Positions 45,723 through 54,893 of a stretch of DNA of 58,036 bases are shown here, piece by piece. The stretch covers positions 1-58,036 of the forward strand of contig JAZSCJ010000022.1 in assembly GCA_045602885.1 (NCBI GenBank), written 5' to 3'. Source of the stretch: Oscillospiraceae bacterium (lineage in GTDB: Bacteria; Bacillota; Clostridia; Oscillospirales; Oscillospiraceae). The notes beneath the pieces were generated by a model, which was not told where the DNA came from, did not search any database, and saw only the letters and a list, made by a program, of their open reading frames with translations. The position numbers and the translations under genes are program-made. Numbering within the stretch: position 1 is the stretch's first letter; every line of letters begins with the position of its first letter.

Positions 45723-45751
45723 ATTATATCAAACCCCCACACCCATTGCAA
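45723..45751 (-). promoter_or_regulatory. Sigma-A type promoter of the nif-like/hyd-like operon
   Basis: The minus strand reads TTGCAA, 17 nt, then TATAAT with an upstream TG (tTGaTATAAT), about 20 nt before the RBS of the TM1266-like gene. Confidence 0.6.
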
Positions 45752-45838
45752 TCAAATCCGGCGCAAATAACATTTTCTGTGAAGAATGTATGGATTTGCG
45801 CGGCAAAGGCCACAACGGGGTGTTTCATTTGTACGGGT

Positions 45839-46441
45839 TCACCCCACCGCGAAGAACCCGTGCTCCATGGCCACGTTGCGGATGGCATACGAAGACAAGC
45901 ATGCGCTCTCGCTGCCATCATCTCCCATCCACACCTGCCAGAACAAAAACTCCTCGGTCAACCGGTCACAGGGTGTCCCCGGCAGATAAAGCAAAAACTC
46001 GGTGCCGCCCTCCAGACCGTATGGCCCGGCTGCAACGTACCGCACGTCGTCTATGATCTCCTCCGTGCCGGGAGTTTTTGTCATGGTCAGCTCAGACAGC
46101 TGTAATGAGTAGGTATATTCGTCGATCTGCCCCATGATCTGAAAAGCGCCCTCAAATCCGCAGACATACACCGTCCCCTCCGGATAACCGTCTCCGGTTT
46201 CGCCCATATTGGTATCGTGGTACGTCCCGTAAAATGTTCCATCCCGGTTCAGATGCAATTCGGTTGACCACGCTCCCACACCGCTGCAAAAAGTAAAACT
46301 TTGCGCAACCTTGCCCGGGAATGGCAGGACATCTTCCTCCATGGGCTTGTGCATCGTCGCATCATCCTGCTCCGGTGCAGGATTTCCGCAGCCGCTTAAA
46401 AGCAACGCACAAATCGTCATCCAGAAAAGCAGTCGTTTCAT
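45839..46441 (-). CDS. Hypothetical lipoprotein
   Basis: Start MKRLLFWMTICALLLSGCG (lipobox) at 46441 after GGGAGG. The track ORF extension to 46810 runs through a tRNA gene. Confidence 0.65.
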   Translation of the reverse strand: MKRLLFWMTICALLLSGCGNPAPEQDDATMHKPMEEDVLPFPGKVAQSFTFCSGVGAWSTELHLNRDGTFYGTYHDTNMGETGDGYPEGTVYVCGFEGAFQIMGQIDEYTYSLQLSELTMTKTPGTEEIIDDVRYVAAGPYGLEGGTEFLLYLPGTPCDRLTEEFLFWQVWMGDDGSESACLSSYAIRNVAMEHGFFAVG

Positions 46442-46515
46442 CGTGAACCTCCCGTTAGAAATAGATTGGAAATTTGCAAAAAGAACGCCTCCGAATTGCT
46501 CCGAAAGCGTTCTGC

Positions 46516-46599
46516 TGGTGCGCCTGAAGGGACTCGAACCCACACGCTGAAAGCACGAGAACCTAAATCTCGCATGTCTACCAATTCCATCACAGGCGC
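46516..46599 (-). tRNA. tRNA-Leu (anticodon TAG), CCA encoded
   Basis: Acceptor GCGCCTG/CAGGCGC, anticodon stem-loop CGAGA-ttTAGgt-TCTCG, long variable arm, GGTTCGAGTCC T-arm. Confidence 0.9.
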
Positions 46600-46613
46600 G
46601 CAAATCGAAAGAT

Positions 46614-46642
46614 ATTTTAGCATTAGGGGGTAGAAAAGTCAA
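46614..46642 (-). promoter_or_regulatory. Promoter of tRNA-Leu
   Basis: The minus strand reads TTGACT, 17 nt, TAAAAT, ending about 14 nt before the tRNA 5-prime end. Confidence 0.55.
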
Positions 46643-46691
46643 TCGGGAAGGGCTATAATACAGACCAAAGCTCCAGGAGGAAGTGACACTT

Positions 46692-47531
46692 ATGAAACGA
46701 CCGGCTCGCGTGGCGGCCATCCATGATATTTCCGGCTTCGGCCGCTGTTCGCTGACCGTGGTGCTGCCCGTGCTGGGTGCCATGGGGGCCGAGTGCTGCC
46801 CACTGCCCACCGCCTTCCTGTCGGCCCAGACGGCTTACCCTAAGTCCGACCGGGCGGTTTTTCTGGATATGACCGACCAGTTGGCCCGTACCGGCAGCCA
46901 TTGGCAGGAGCTGGGCGCGCAGTTTGACGCCATCTACAGCGGCTTTCTGGGCAGTGAGACCCAGATCGGCCTGCTGGGCGATTTCATCCAAACCTTCCGC
47001 AAAGAAACTACCTTGGTGGTGGTCGACCCCGTCATGGGCGACTGGGGCAAGCCCTACCGCACCTATACCCCCGACCTGTGCCGCCGCATGGGCGAGCTGG
47101 CCGAGCATGCCGATGTCATCACCCCCAATCTGACCGAAGCGGCCATCCTGCTGGGGGAGGTCTACGACCCCACGCCGGATGAGGATAAAGTGCGCGATTG
47201 GTTAAATTGCTTGTCCCTCAACGGAAAACGCTCGGTGGTCATTACCGGCGTCACCCCTGCTCCGGGCATGGTGGGCGCGGCCTGTCTGGATCGTGCTACC
47301 GGGGAAATTTCCATGCCCGCCGCGCCGGAGGTTCCCGTGGCCTATTCGGGTACCGGCGACCTGTTTGCCAGCGTCATGCTGGGCGCGCTGCTGCGCGGGC
47401 AAAGCCTGCATCAAGCCACCGCCCTGGCAGTGGAGTTCGTGCAAAAGTGCGCTGCCTTCACCCGCGCGCTGGACGGCGACCGCCGGGAGGGCGTCATGTT
47501 TGAACGCCTGCTGGGCGACTTGATCGGATAA
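46692..47531 (+). CDS. pdxK: Pyridoxal/pyridoxamine kinase
   Basis: AAIHDISGFGRCSL, GFLGS, VVDPVMGD, ITPNLTEA and GTGDLFAS motifs. ATG at 46692 after GGAGGA. Confidence 0.87.
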   Translation: MKRPARVAAIHDISGFGRCSLTVVLPVLGAMGAECCPLPTAFLSAQTAYPKSDRAVFLDMTDQLARTGSHWQELGAQFDAIYSGFLGSETQIGLLGDFIQTFRKETTLVVVDPVMGDWGKPYRTYTPDLCRRMGELAEHADVITPNLTEAAILLGEVYDPTPDEDKVRDWLNCLSLNGKRSVVITGVTPAPGMVGAACLDRATGEISMPAAPEVPVAYSGTGDLFASVMLGALLRGQSLHQATALAVEFVQKCAAFTRALDGDRREGVMFERLLGDLIG

Positions 47532-47534
47532 AAC

Positions 47535-47571
47535 AAAAAGAGGTTTGGCCGTTGGGCCAAACCTCTTTTTT
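47535..47571. terminator. Bidirectional terminator between pdxK and asnS
   Basis: AAAAGAGGTTTGGCCgttgGGCCAAACCTCTTTT. Confidence 0.85.
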
Positions 47572-47586
47572 GCCGTAAGAAACAAA

Positions 47587-48981
<1,395 letters not shown>

Positions 48982-49061
48982 GGGATTCTTCCTCTCTGCA
49001 CTTTCAAATAATATCTATGTATTTTAACACAAAACGAAAATTTTACAAGGGTGTATACCAA

Positions 49062-49096
49062 AGAAAACCGCCCCTTTGGGGCGGTTTTCTGAAAAA
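49062..49096 (-). terminator. Terminator of the lipoprotein gene
   Basis: AGAAAACCGCCCCtttGGGGCGGTTTTCT with flanking A and T runs. Confidence 0.75.
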
Positions 49097-49112
49097 AGAT
49101 ACCGTATTCGCG

Positions 49113-49940
49113 TCAGGAAATGAATTCTGCACTGATGGTATAGCGCCAGCTGCCGTCCTCGGCGCGTTGGGCGCTGCACCCGGAAAAGCCGTAGGCCCCC
49201 AGCGAAGTGCGCCATTTTTGCGCCGAAAATGCCGTCAGCACCGGCGGCGGCTCGCCCTCGCTCAGCATGGGCAGATGCCAGATCGCGTCCTCATCGGTGT
49301 CGATGGAATAAAGAATGCCGTTTTCCCACTCGTAAAAATACCCCTGTGGCTCCTGCACCCCTGCGCCGTCGATCATCAGCGGATGGGCGGTGATATAGCC
49401 CTGTTCCAGCAGCTCGTCCATGGTGCCGACGACCACTGGAAGACCGTGAAGCTCTCCGAATCGATGCATCACGGCTGCTTTTTCGCCCGCGCTCAAGTGG
49501 GACAGCCCACTCAAGTCCAGACCCAGCACCTCCAAACCCTCGTTCAGCGTATCGTCCTTTGCCCAAAGATCCTCCAACACCTGCAAGTACAGTCCGCAGC
49601 GGTCATCCACCGGGTCGTCCGTCAGCTCTACTGTGCTGACATTGAAGAATTGCGCAGGATAGCTTTCCATCACGCCGTCAAAGGAAACGGCGATCATCTG
49701 CCCGTCCCGGGGCGTAAAGTCCAGCTCCAAATCGCTGACATTCAGGCGATAGAGCTCGCCGCTGTTTTCATCAGTGGGCGCCAGCAACAGTGCGTCTTCC
49801 TCTGCCCCATCCACAATGCGGCAGGTCACGGTTTGCGATGCCGGTGCGCCGGGGAGCTCATTGGCTGGGTTTTGCACGGCCGGGCCACAGCCTGGCAGCA
49901 CAGCCAGGGCAATCAGTATGGCCAATAACTTTCCTTTCAT
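49113..49940 (-). CDS. Hypothetical lipoprotein
   Basis: MKGKLLAILIALAVLPGCG lipobox. 275 aa with no recognisable domain. Confidence 0.68.
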   Translation of the reverse strand: MKGKLLAILIALAVLPGCGPAVQNPANELPGAPASQTVTCRIVDGAEEDALLLAPTDENSGELYRLNVSDLELDFTPRDGQMIAVSFDGVMESYPAQFFNVSTVELTDDPVDDRCGLYLQVLEDLWAKDDTLNEGLEVLGLDLSGLSHLSAGEKAAVMHRFGELHGLPVVVGTMDELLEQGYITAHPLMIDGAGVQEPQGYFYEWENGILYSIDTDEDAIWHLPMLSEGEPPPVLTAFSAQKWRTSLGAYGFSGCSAQRAEDGSWRYTISAEFIS

Positions 49941-50047
49941 GGATATGACCTCCTTTGTACTCCCTTGGACGAAAATCCAAGGGAAAAGTTCCCAAAAATA
50001 ACATGCGGCACGGCCGTTTTGCCTCGAAAAAGATCGAGTTTTGTAAA

Positions 50048-50079
50048 ACGCACACGATACAAAGTTGTATCGTGTGCGT
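50048..50079. terminator. Strong 14-bp hairpin, probable terminator of the YcxB-like gene transcript
   Basis: ACGCACACGATACAaagtTGTATCGTGTGCGT, with T-rich flanks in both orientations. Confidence 0.5.
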
Positions 50080-50164
50080 CCTTTTGTCTTGCGACACAGA
50101 CGGTTTCACGGTTGTATGTCCCATTATGCGGTCTTTTCTTGCCGAGAAACCACGAAAAAAGCCA

Positions 50165-50218
50165 TTGACGAAATAGAACATACGTGCTATTATTAGCGTG
50201 TAAATAGAACTTGTGTTC
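50165..50218 (+). promoter_or_regulatory. Sigma-A promoter carrying two LexA (Cheo-box-like) operators
   Basis: TTGACG (50165), 17 nt, TATTAT (50188). GAACatacGTGC lies inside the spacer (50176-50187). aGAACttgtGTTCg is at 50207-50218, a perfect GAAC-N4-GTTC. Confidence 0.45.
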
Positions 50219-50336
50219 GATAAAAAAGGGGGGTCTACCTATGCAACTGAAGTGGTCTGCTCAGGTCTGTGTCGTGACGCACGCCGACCGAATGCAGTGG
50301 ATTCACATGGACGGAAGCGGTGCGACGAGGGAGGGG

Positions 50337-50858
50337 TTACACCGTTTGGATGGTCTTGTCGGTGCGCTCCTGAATGAACTGTCGGAACGCATCGGCAGTT
50401 CCGCCGGTCAGGCTGTCTTTGGCGTAAACCTGAGCATGGTTTTTGCTGAACAAAAAGACGAAATAGCCTTGGGTCTCGGCGATCATGACGATGTTGTGGT
50501 ATGGAAAATCTGATTGGCCTACCTCCGAGGTGTGGTGATATCCGTCGGCGGTAAAGGTGACGACGGACTGTGTCAGCCCGGGCAGATTCCGCTTGCGCGC
50601 CAGATAGCCGTTGAACGCGTCCTCCCAAATGAGGGTGATCAGAATGACCAGCAGGACGAGCCAGGTGACAACGGTTTTCCCGGAGATTTGCACGGTTGGC
50701 TGACCAAAGGGCCAGGAAAGCAAAAACCCCAGCACGATGATGATCCAACCGAATATGTGCATGCGGCGGCTGTGCGCTTTGCGGGTCGTTTTCCGTAATG
50801 CGCGCGCCATGGCGGTAAAGGCTTTTTGGTCATAGGCAGTGGTAAAGGTGAATTCCAT
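50337..50858 (-). CDS. YcxB-like membrane protein
   Basis: 173 aa, with two central TM helices (IFGWIIIVLGFLLS, VVTWLVLLVILITLIW) and a C-terminal YcxB-like domain. Confidence 0.68.
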   Translation of the reverse strand: MEFTFTTAYDQKAFTAMARALRKTTRKAHSRRMHIFGWIIIVLGFLLSWPFGQPTVQISGKTVVTWLVLLVILITLIWEDAFNGYLARKRNLPGLTQSVVTFTADGYHHTSEVGQSDFPYHNIVMIAETQGYFVFLFSKNHAQVYAKDSLTGGTADAFRQFIQERTDKTIQTV

Positions 50859-50950
50859 CGCAAAAACCTCCGTAAATCATGATTGTACCGTTACTTTGCC
50901 AAAATACCGAATGCGGTTCAAGTAATAGTGAACAGTGAAGAGGTGAAAAG

Positions 50951-50983
50951 TAAAAATCCTCCACACTTTCGTGTGAAGGATTT
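50951..50983 (-). terminator. Terminator after the tRNA-Thr/tRNA-Tyr pair
   Basis: Hairpin ATCCTTCACACgaaaGTGTGGAGGAT (one mismatch) followed by a U-run on the minus strand, directly after the tRNA-Tyr CCA. Confidence 0.65.
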
Positions 50984-51068
50984 TGGTGGAGGAGGGTGGA
51001 TTCGAACCACCGAAGTCAGCGACAACAGATTTACAGTCTGCCCCCTTTGGCCACTCGGGAACTCCTCC
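50984..51068 (-). tRNA. tRNA-Tyr (anticodon GTA), CCA encoded
   Basis: GGAGGAG acceptor, anticodon loop ctGTAaa, long variable arm, GGTTCGAATCC T-arm. Confidence 0.92.
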
Positions 51069-51095
51069 ATATGCAATTACAGGGCGATCAAGCCT

Positions 51096-51171
51096 TGGAG
51101 CTGGTGGACGGACTCGAACCCCCGACCTGCTGATTACAAATCAGCTGCTCTACCAACTGAGCTACACCAGC
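51096..51171 (-). tRNA. tRNA-Thr (anticodon TGT), CCA encoded
   Basis: GCTGGTG acceptor, TAGCTCAGTTGGTAGAGC D-arm, anticodon loop ttTGTaa, GGTTCGAGTCC T-arm. Confidence 0.92.
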
Positions 51172-51210
51172 ATCTCGCGCTCAAGCACCGGCTCATCCAC
51201 AGCAAGAGAT

Positions 51211-51239
51211 AGTTTAGCAGAAAGGAAAGTGGTTGTCAA
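51211..51239 (-). promoter_or_regulatory. Promoter of the tRNA-Thr/Tyr operon
   Basis: The minus strand reads TTGACA, 17 nt, TAAACT, about 40 nt upstream of tRNA-Thr. Confidence 0.55.
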
Positions 51240-51514
51240 CAAGAAAAAATAAGAAACTTCATTTTTTCGAGGAGAGGGAGAGGACGATCAGAGCAAAAAA
51301 TTCTTTCCCACGGCGTTTTACCGACCGGCAGCTTGAAGTACCGGTGGGTCAATGCAGCCAATGCCGTGGGGAATTGTACCGGGGCGACGTGTTTTGGCGT
51401 GTCGGCGGCAGGCTGATCTGCGAAGATTGCCTGGAGCGGTTTGCGCAGTGCTATTTTGCGCCCTGGCGCATGACGGGCGAGGAATTGATACAGGAGGAAA
51501 CAAGCGATACATGA
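51233..51514 (+). CDS. Small zinc-ribbon protein (start uncertain)
   Basis: CSQCRGEL ... CEDC four-Cys motif. ATGA overlap with the next gene. The N-terminal limit is unclear. Confidence 0.4.
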   Translation: MSTRKNKKLHFFEERERTIRAKNSFPRRFTDRQLEVPVGQCSQCRGELYRGDVFWRVGGRLICEDCLERFAQCYFAPWRMTGEELIQEETSDT

Positions 51515-51744
51515 AGTTGGAAGAACTGTCTTTGCAATACCGGGCAAGTGCCCAGCTGCTGCACGAGCGAATACAAACGCTGCAGGGCCAGCGCTTGTGC
51601 AGCGCAGAAGATCTGGAGCGCACCTTGCTGGATGACCGCATCCATACGCTGACCACCATGCTGCGTGAAATGCGGGAGCTGGCGGTGCTGACCGCCCGCT
51701 ATTATGAAAGGGGGTACCGGCGCAATGCCAAATACACGATATAG
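51513..51744 (+). CDS. Small helical protein (77 aa)
   Basis: MKLEELSLQYRASAQLLHERIQTLQ..., coupled to the upstream ORF by ATGA. Confidence 0.45.
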
Positions 51745-51754
51745 AAGAGGTGGG

Positions 51755-52045
51755 ATGTACGCCGCCGACATGGCGGTTTACGCCCGGGAGATGGCGTCGG
51801 ACAACAGCGCGCAAATGGGTCGGGTCAAGCGCAATCTGGTGCGAGCCCTGCGGGAGGATGTGACACCCCGACAGCGGCAGATGCTGCTGCTTTACTACGC
51901 CGAGCGCATGAATATGCGTGAGATCGGGGAACGGCTGGGGGTGGACAAATCCACCGTTTCCCGTACCATCAAACGGGGGGAGGCCCGGCTGCGCCGCTGC
52001 CTGCGCTACGGTGCGGAGGTTTTTCTCAACGACCGGGAAGATTAA
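51755..52045 (+). CDS. Sigma-70 region 4-type helix-turn-helix protein (small sigma-like factor)
   Basis: LTPRQRQMLLLYYAERMNMREIGERLGVDKSTVSRTIKRGEARL is a region 4.2-type HTH. No region 2 is present. Confidence 0.62.
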   Translation: MYAADMAVYAREMASDNSAQMGRVKRNLVRALREDVTPRQRQMLLLYYAERMNMREIGERLGVDKSTVSRTIKRGEARLRRCLRYGAEVFLNDRED

Positions 52046-52076
52046 TGCAACGGGTTCGGTTCTCGTTGCATTAAAC

Positions 52077-52109
52077 ACGGGGCGTCCGGCTGTGTGCCGG
52101 ACGCCCCGT
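52077..52109. terminator. 14-bp GC-rich hairpin between convergent genes
   Basis: ACGGGGCGTCCGGCtgtgtGCCGGACGCCCCGT. The flanking U-runs are weak. Confidence 0.45.
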
Positions 52110-52114
52110 TGCGA

Positions 52115-53398
52115 TTAAGAACCGATCAAAAACCCATCCCGCGCTTCCAGAATGGTCACATCCTGCACCACGTTGTGCAGCCCGGGTCGGGGCACACGCA
52201 CCTGCACATAATTGGGGGCGTGGCCGACAGAACCGCCATCCTCGTCCTGCTCAAACAAAACGGGAAGCTGCTGCCCCACCAGCGATTGCAGATAGGTCTG
52301 CTCCATGGCGGCGGCAATTTGGATGGCTCGGTGAGTGCGCTGTTCCTTGACAGCCGGGGAAACCTGCCCTGGCATGGCGGCGGCCGGGGTGCCGGGTCGG
52401 GGGGAATAGGGGAAAACGTGCATGGAGGAAAAGGCACACCGGCGGATGAATTCCAGCGTCGCGCTAAATTCCTCCTCGCTCTCCCCGGGAAAGCCCACGA
52501 TCAAATCCGTGGTGATGGCAGGCTGATTAAAGTATTCTCTTAGTAATTTTACGCTTTCATAATACCGAGCGCAATCGTATTTCCGGTTCATACGCGCCAA
52601 AACGGTGTCACAGCCGCTTTGCAGCGACAGATGGAAGTGGGGGCACAGATTGGGCAGGGCGGCACAACGGCGGCAGAATTCCGCCGTAATGGTGCGCGGC
52701 TCCAGACTGCCCAGCCGGATGCGAAGACCAGGCGCGGCGACGCAAACGGCTTCGATCAGATCGATCAGTTGGGGCTTGCCCTCCAGATCCCGACCCCAGG
52801 AAGAGATCTCAATGCCGGTGAGCACCAGTTCCCGATACCCTTCTCCGGCCAGCCGGGCGGCCTCGGCCACGGCCGTGGCCAGCGGCAGGGAACGGATGGG
52901 GCCGCGGGCATAGGGGATGATGCAGTAGGAGCAGAAGTTGACACAGCCGTCCTCTACCTTTAAAAGCGCGCGGGTGCGCCCCTCCATGCCGCCGGCCGGC
53001 AGCACTTCAAAGGTGCGCCGCTTGAGCGCGTCGTCCACGTCGAAAATGGGCGCTGCCTTCTGTGCGGCCACACGCTCCAGCGCATCCACAAAGCCCATGC
53101 GGTCGTTGGTACCCATCAGCAAGTCGGCCTGCAATGCTTTGGCCTGTTCGGCGTGGGTCTGCACATAGCAGCCGCACACGGCCACAACGGCGTCGGGGCG
53201 GCGGCGACGGGCCCGGCGCACGATGTTGCGGGATTTTTTGTCGCTGACGGCCGTGACCGAGCAGGTGTTGACGATGTAAGCGTCGGCCTGTCCCTCAAAG
53301 GGCACAAGGGTATGCCCCCGGCGCACCAGCTCGGTTTCCAACGCCTGCGTTTCATATTGGTTGACCTTGCAGCCCAAGGTGTAAATGGCAACTTTCAT
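52115..53398 (-). CDS. mtaB: tRNA methylthiotransferase, MtaB type (radical SAM, UPF0004 + TRAM)
   Basis: MKVAIYTLGCKVNQYETQ N-terminus with the three-Cys UPF0004 domain. Radical SAM motif CVNFCSYCIIP. Confidence 0.86.
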   Translation of the reverse strand: MKVAIYTLGCKVNQYETQALETELVRRGHTLVPFEGQADAYIVNTCSVTAVSDKKSRNIVRRARRRRPDAVVAVCGCYVQTHAEQAKALQADLLMGTNDRMGFVDALERVAAQKAAPIFDVDDALKRRTFEVLPAGGMEGRTRALLKVEDGCVNFCSYCIIPYARGPIRSLPLATAVAEAARLAGEGYRELVLTGIEISSWGRDLEGKPQLIDLIEAVCVAAPGLRIRLGSLEPRTITAEFCRRCAALPNLCPHFHLSLQSGCDTVLARMNRKYDCARYYESVKLLREYFNQPAITTDLIVGFPGESEEEFSATLEFIRRCAFSSMHVFPYSPRPGTPAAAMPGQVSPAVKEQRTHRAIQIAAAMEQTYLQSLVGQQLPVLFEQDEDGGSVGHAPNYVQVRVPRPGLHNVVQDVTILEARDGFLIGS

Positions 53399-53500
53399 GC
53401 AGGTTTCCTCTTGTTTTTTTGTAGTACTTACTTTACAATATTATCACTGTTTTGACAAGTGCAATCGCAAGGATGGCATTTCCCGGAAGGAAGTTACAAT

Positions 53501-54859
53501 GTGAAAGGTTCTATGGTACAGGGCAAGGAATGGAAGCCCCTGTTACTGTTTGCTCTGCCCCTGATGGGGGGACAGGCGCTGCAGCAGCTTTACAATACGG
53601 TGGACGGCATCATTGTGGGCAACTATGTCGGCGGCGTCGCTTTGGGCGCCGTTGGTGTGTGCGCTCCGGTGACGCTGCTGTTTCTCTCCATCGCTATGGG
53701 CATGTGTGCCGGCGTTTCGGTGGTAGTGGCGCAGTATTTCGGTGCCGGGAAACTGGCCGAAATGCGTCGTGCAGCATCCACCTCGCTGTTGATGCTCTTT
53801 GCCATGGGCATCGTGTTTTCGGTGATCGGCGCCGTGTTCGCCCGGGTCTTTCTGGAACAGTTTCTGGGGGTCGGCGGCTGGTATATTGACCAGGCTACCA
53901 CCTATTTCTCCATTTACGCCATCGGACTGGTCTTCCAGTTCGCCTATAACGCCTTTGCCGCCTTGCTGCGTGCGGTGGGTGATTCCAAGGCCACGCTGTA
54001 TTTTCTGCTGATCTCCTCCGTGGTCAATCTGGTGCTGGATCTGTTTTTTGTCATTGTCCTGCGCCGCGGTGTGGCCGGTGCGGCCGTCGCCACGGTCATT
54101 TCCCAGGCGGTTTCGGCCGTTGTGGCCGGCATTTATATGATGCGCAAGTACCCCAGTTTCCGTTTTTCCAAAGGGGAACTGGTCTGGCATCCGGCTTCGG
54201 CCAAGCTGGTGCTGCGTCTGGCAGCGCCCAGTACGCTGCAGCAGGTGGTCATGTCCTGCGGCGTTTTGGCGCTGCAGCGTGTGGTCAATCACTTTGGTGA
54301 TGTTTACGCCGGTTTGATGAGCGGTGCCACCGCCGGTCAGCGTGTGGAAAGCTTTATTACCATCCCCATGTTCGCCTTTGGCACGGCTATGACCACCTTT
54401 GCCAGCCAGAACATCGGTGCCGGTCAGCTGGAGCGTGTGCGCCGTGGCCGCCGGGTGTGTCTTTGGATGGGTCTGGCCGTCAGTCTGGCCATTACGGCGC
54501 TGGTTCTGCTGCTGCGTGAGCCGCTGATCGGCCTGTTTGGGGTCAATGCGCAGGAAATGCATTACGGTGTGCAGTATCTGCTGATTTTGTGCCCCGGCCT
54601 GTTCCTGTTTGGTCTGTACATCATCAACACCGGTATTTTGCAGGGCTCCGGCGATGTGGGCTATACCGCGTTCATCCTGCTGGTCAGCTTTGCGCTGCGC
54701 ATCGTGCTGTCCTATGCGCTGGCGTATCACACTTCGTTGGAATACCGGGCGGTTTGGCTGTCCCAACCGGTGGGCTGGCTGCTCAATCTGATCTTGAGCT
54801 GGGCGCGGTACTACAACGGCGCATGGCAAAAAAAGGGCGTGGCCCATGTAAAAACCTGA
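53501..54859 (+). CDS. MATE-family efflux transporter
   Basis: GKEWKPLLLFALPLMGGQALQQLYNTVDGIIVG and 12 predicted TM helices. GTG at 53501 lies 7 nt after GGAAGGAAG; ATG at 53513 is the alternative. Confidence 0.87.
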   Translation: MKGSMVQGKEWKPLLLFALPLMGGQALQQLYNTVDGIIVGNYVGGVALGAVGVCAPVTLLFLSIAMGMCAGVSVVVAQYFGAGKLAEMRRAASTSLLMLFAMGIVFSVIGAVFARVFLEQFLGVGGWYIDQATTYFSIYAIGLVFQFAYNAFAALLRAVGDSKATLYFLLISSVVNLVLDLFFVIVLRRGVAGAAVATVISQAVSAVVAGIYMMRKYPSFRFSKGELVWHPASAKLVLRLAAPSTLQQVVMSCGVLALQRVVNHFGDVYAGLMSGATAGQRVESFITIPMFAFGTAMTTFASQNIGAGQLERVRRGRRVCLWMGLAVSLAITALVLLLREPLIGLFGVNAQEMHYGVQYLLILCPGLFLFGLYIINTGILQGSGDVGYTAFILLVSFALRIVLSYALAYHTSLEYRAVWLSQPVGWLLNLILSWARYYNGAWQKKGVAHVKT

Positions 54860-54893
54860 CCCGGACAGAACCATTTGAGAAAGGGGCACTACC

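Noticed and set aside
46442-46810. Upstream extension of ORF 45839-46810.
   Set aside because: The extension runs straight through tRNA-Leu (46516-46599) and its promoter. A lipoprotein signal peptide with a GGGAGG RBS begins at 46441.
48982-49061. T-box leader upstream of asnS.
   Set aside because: The intergenic space is only about 80 nt and is mostly occupied by the upstream gene's terminator, which is too short for a T-box.
50211-50513. 100-aa plus-strand track ORF taken as a confident CDS.
   Set aside because: Its track start lies inside the LexA box, and two-thirds of it is antisense to the YcxB-like gene. I report it only as a possibility under the SOS-promoter finding, with an ATG at 50241.
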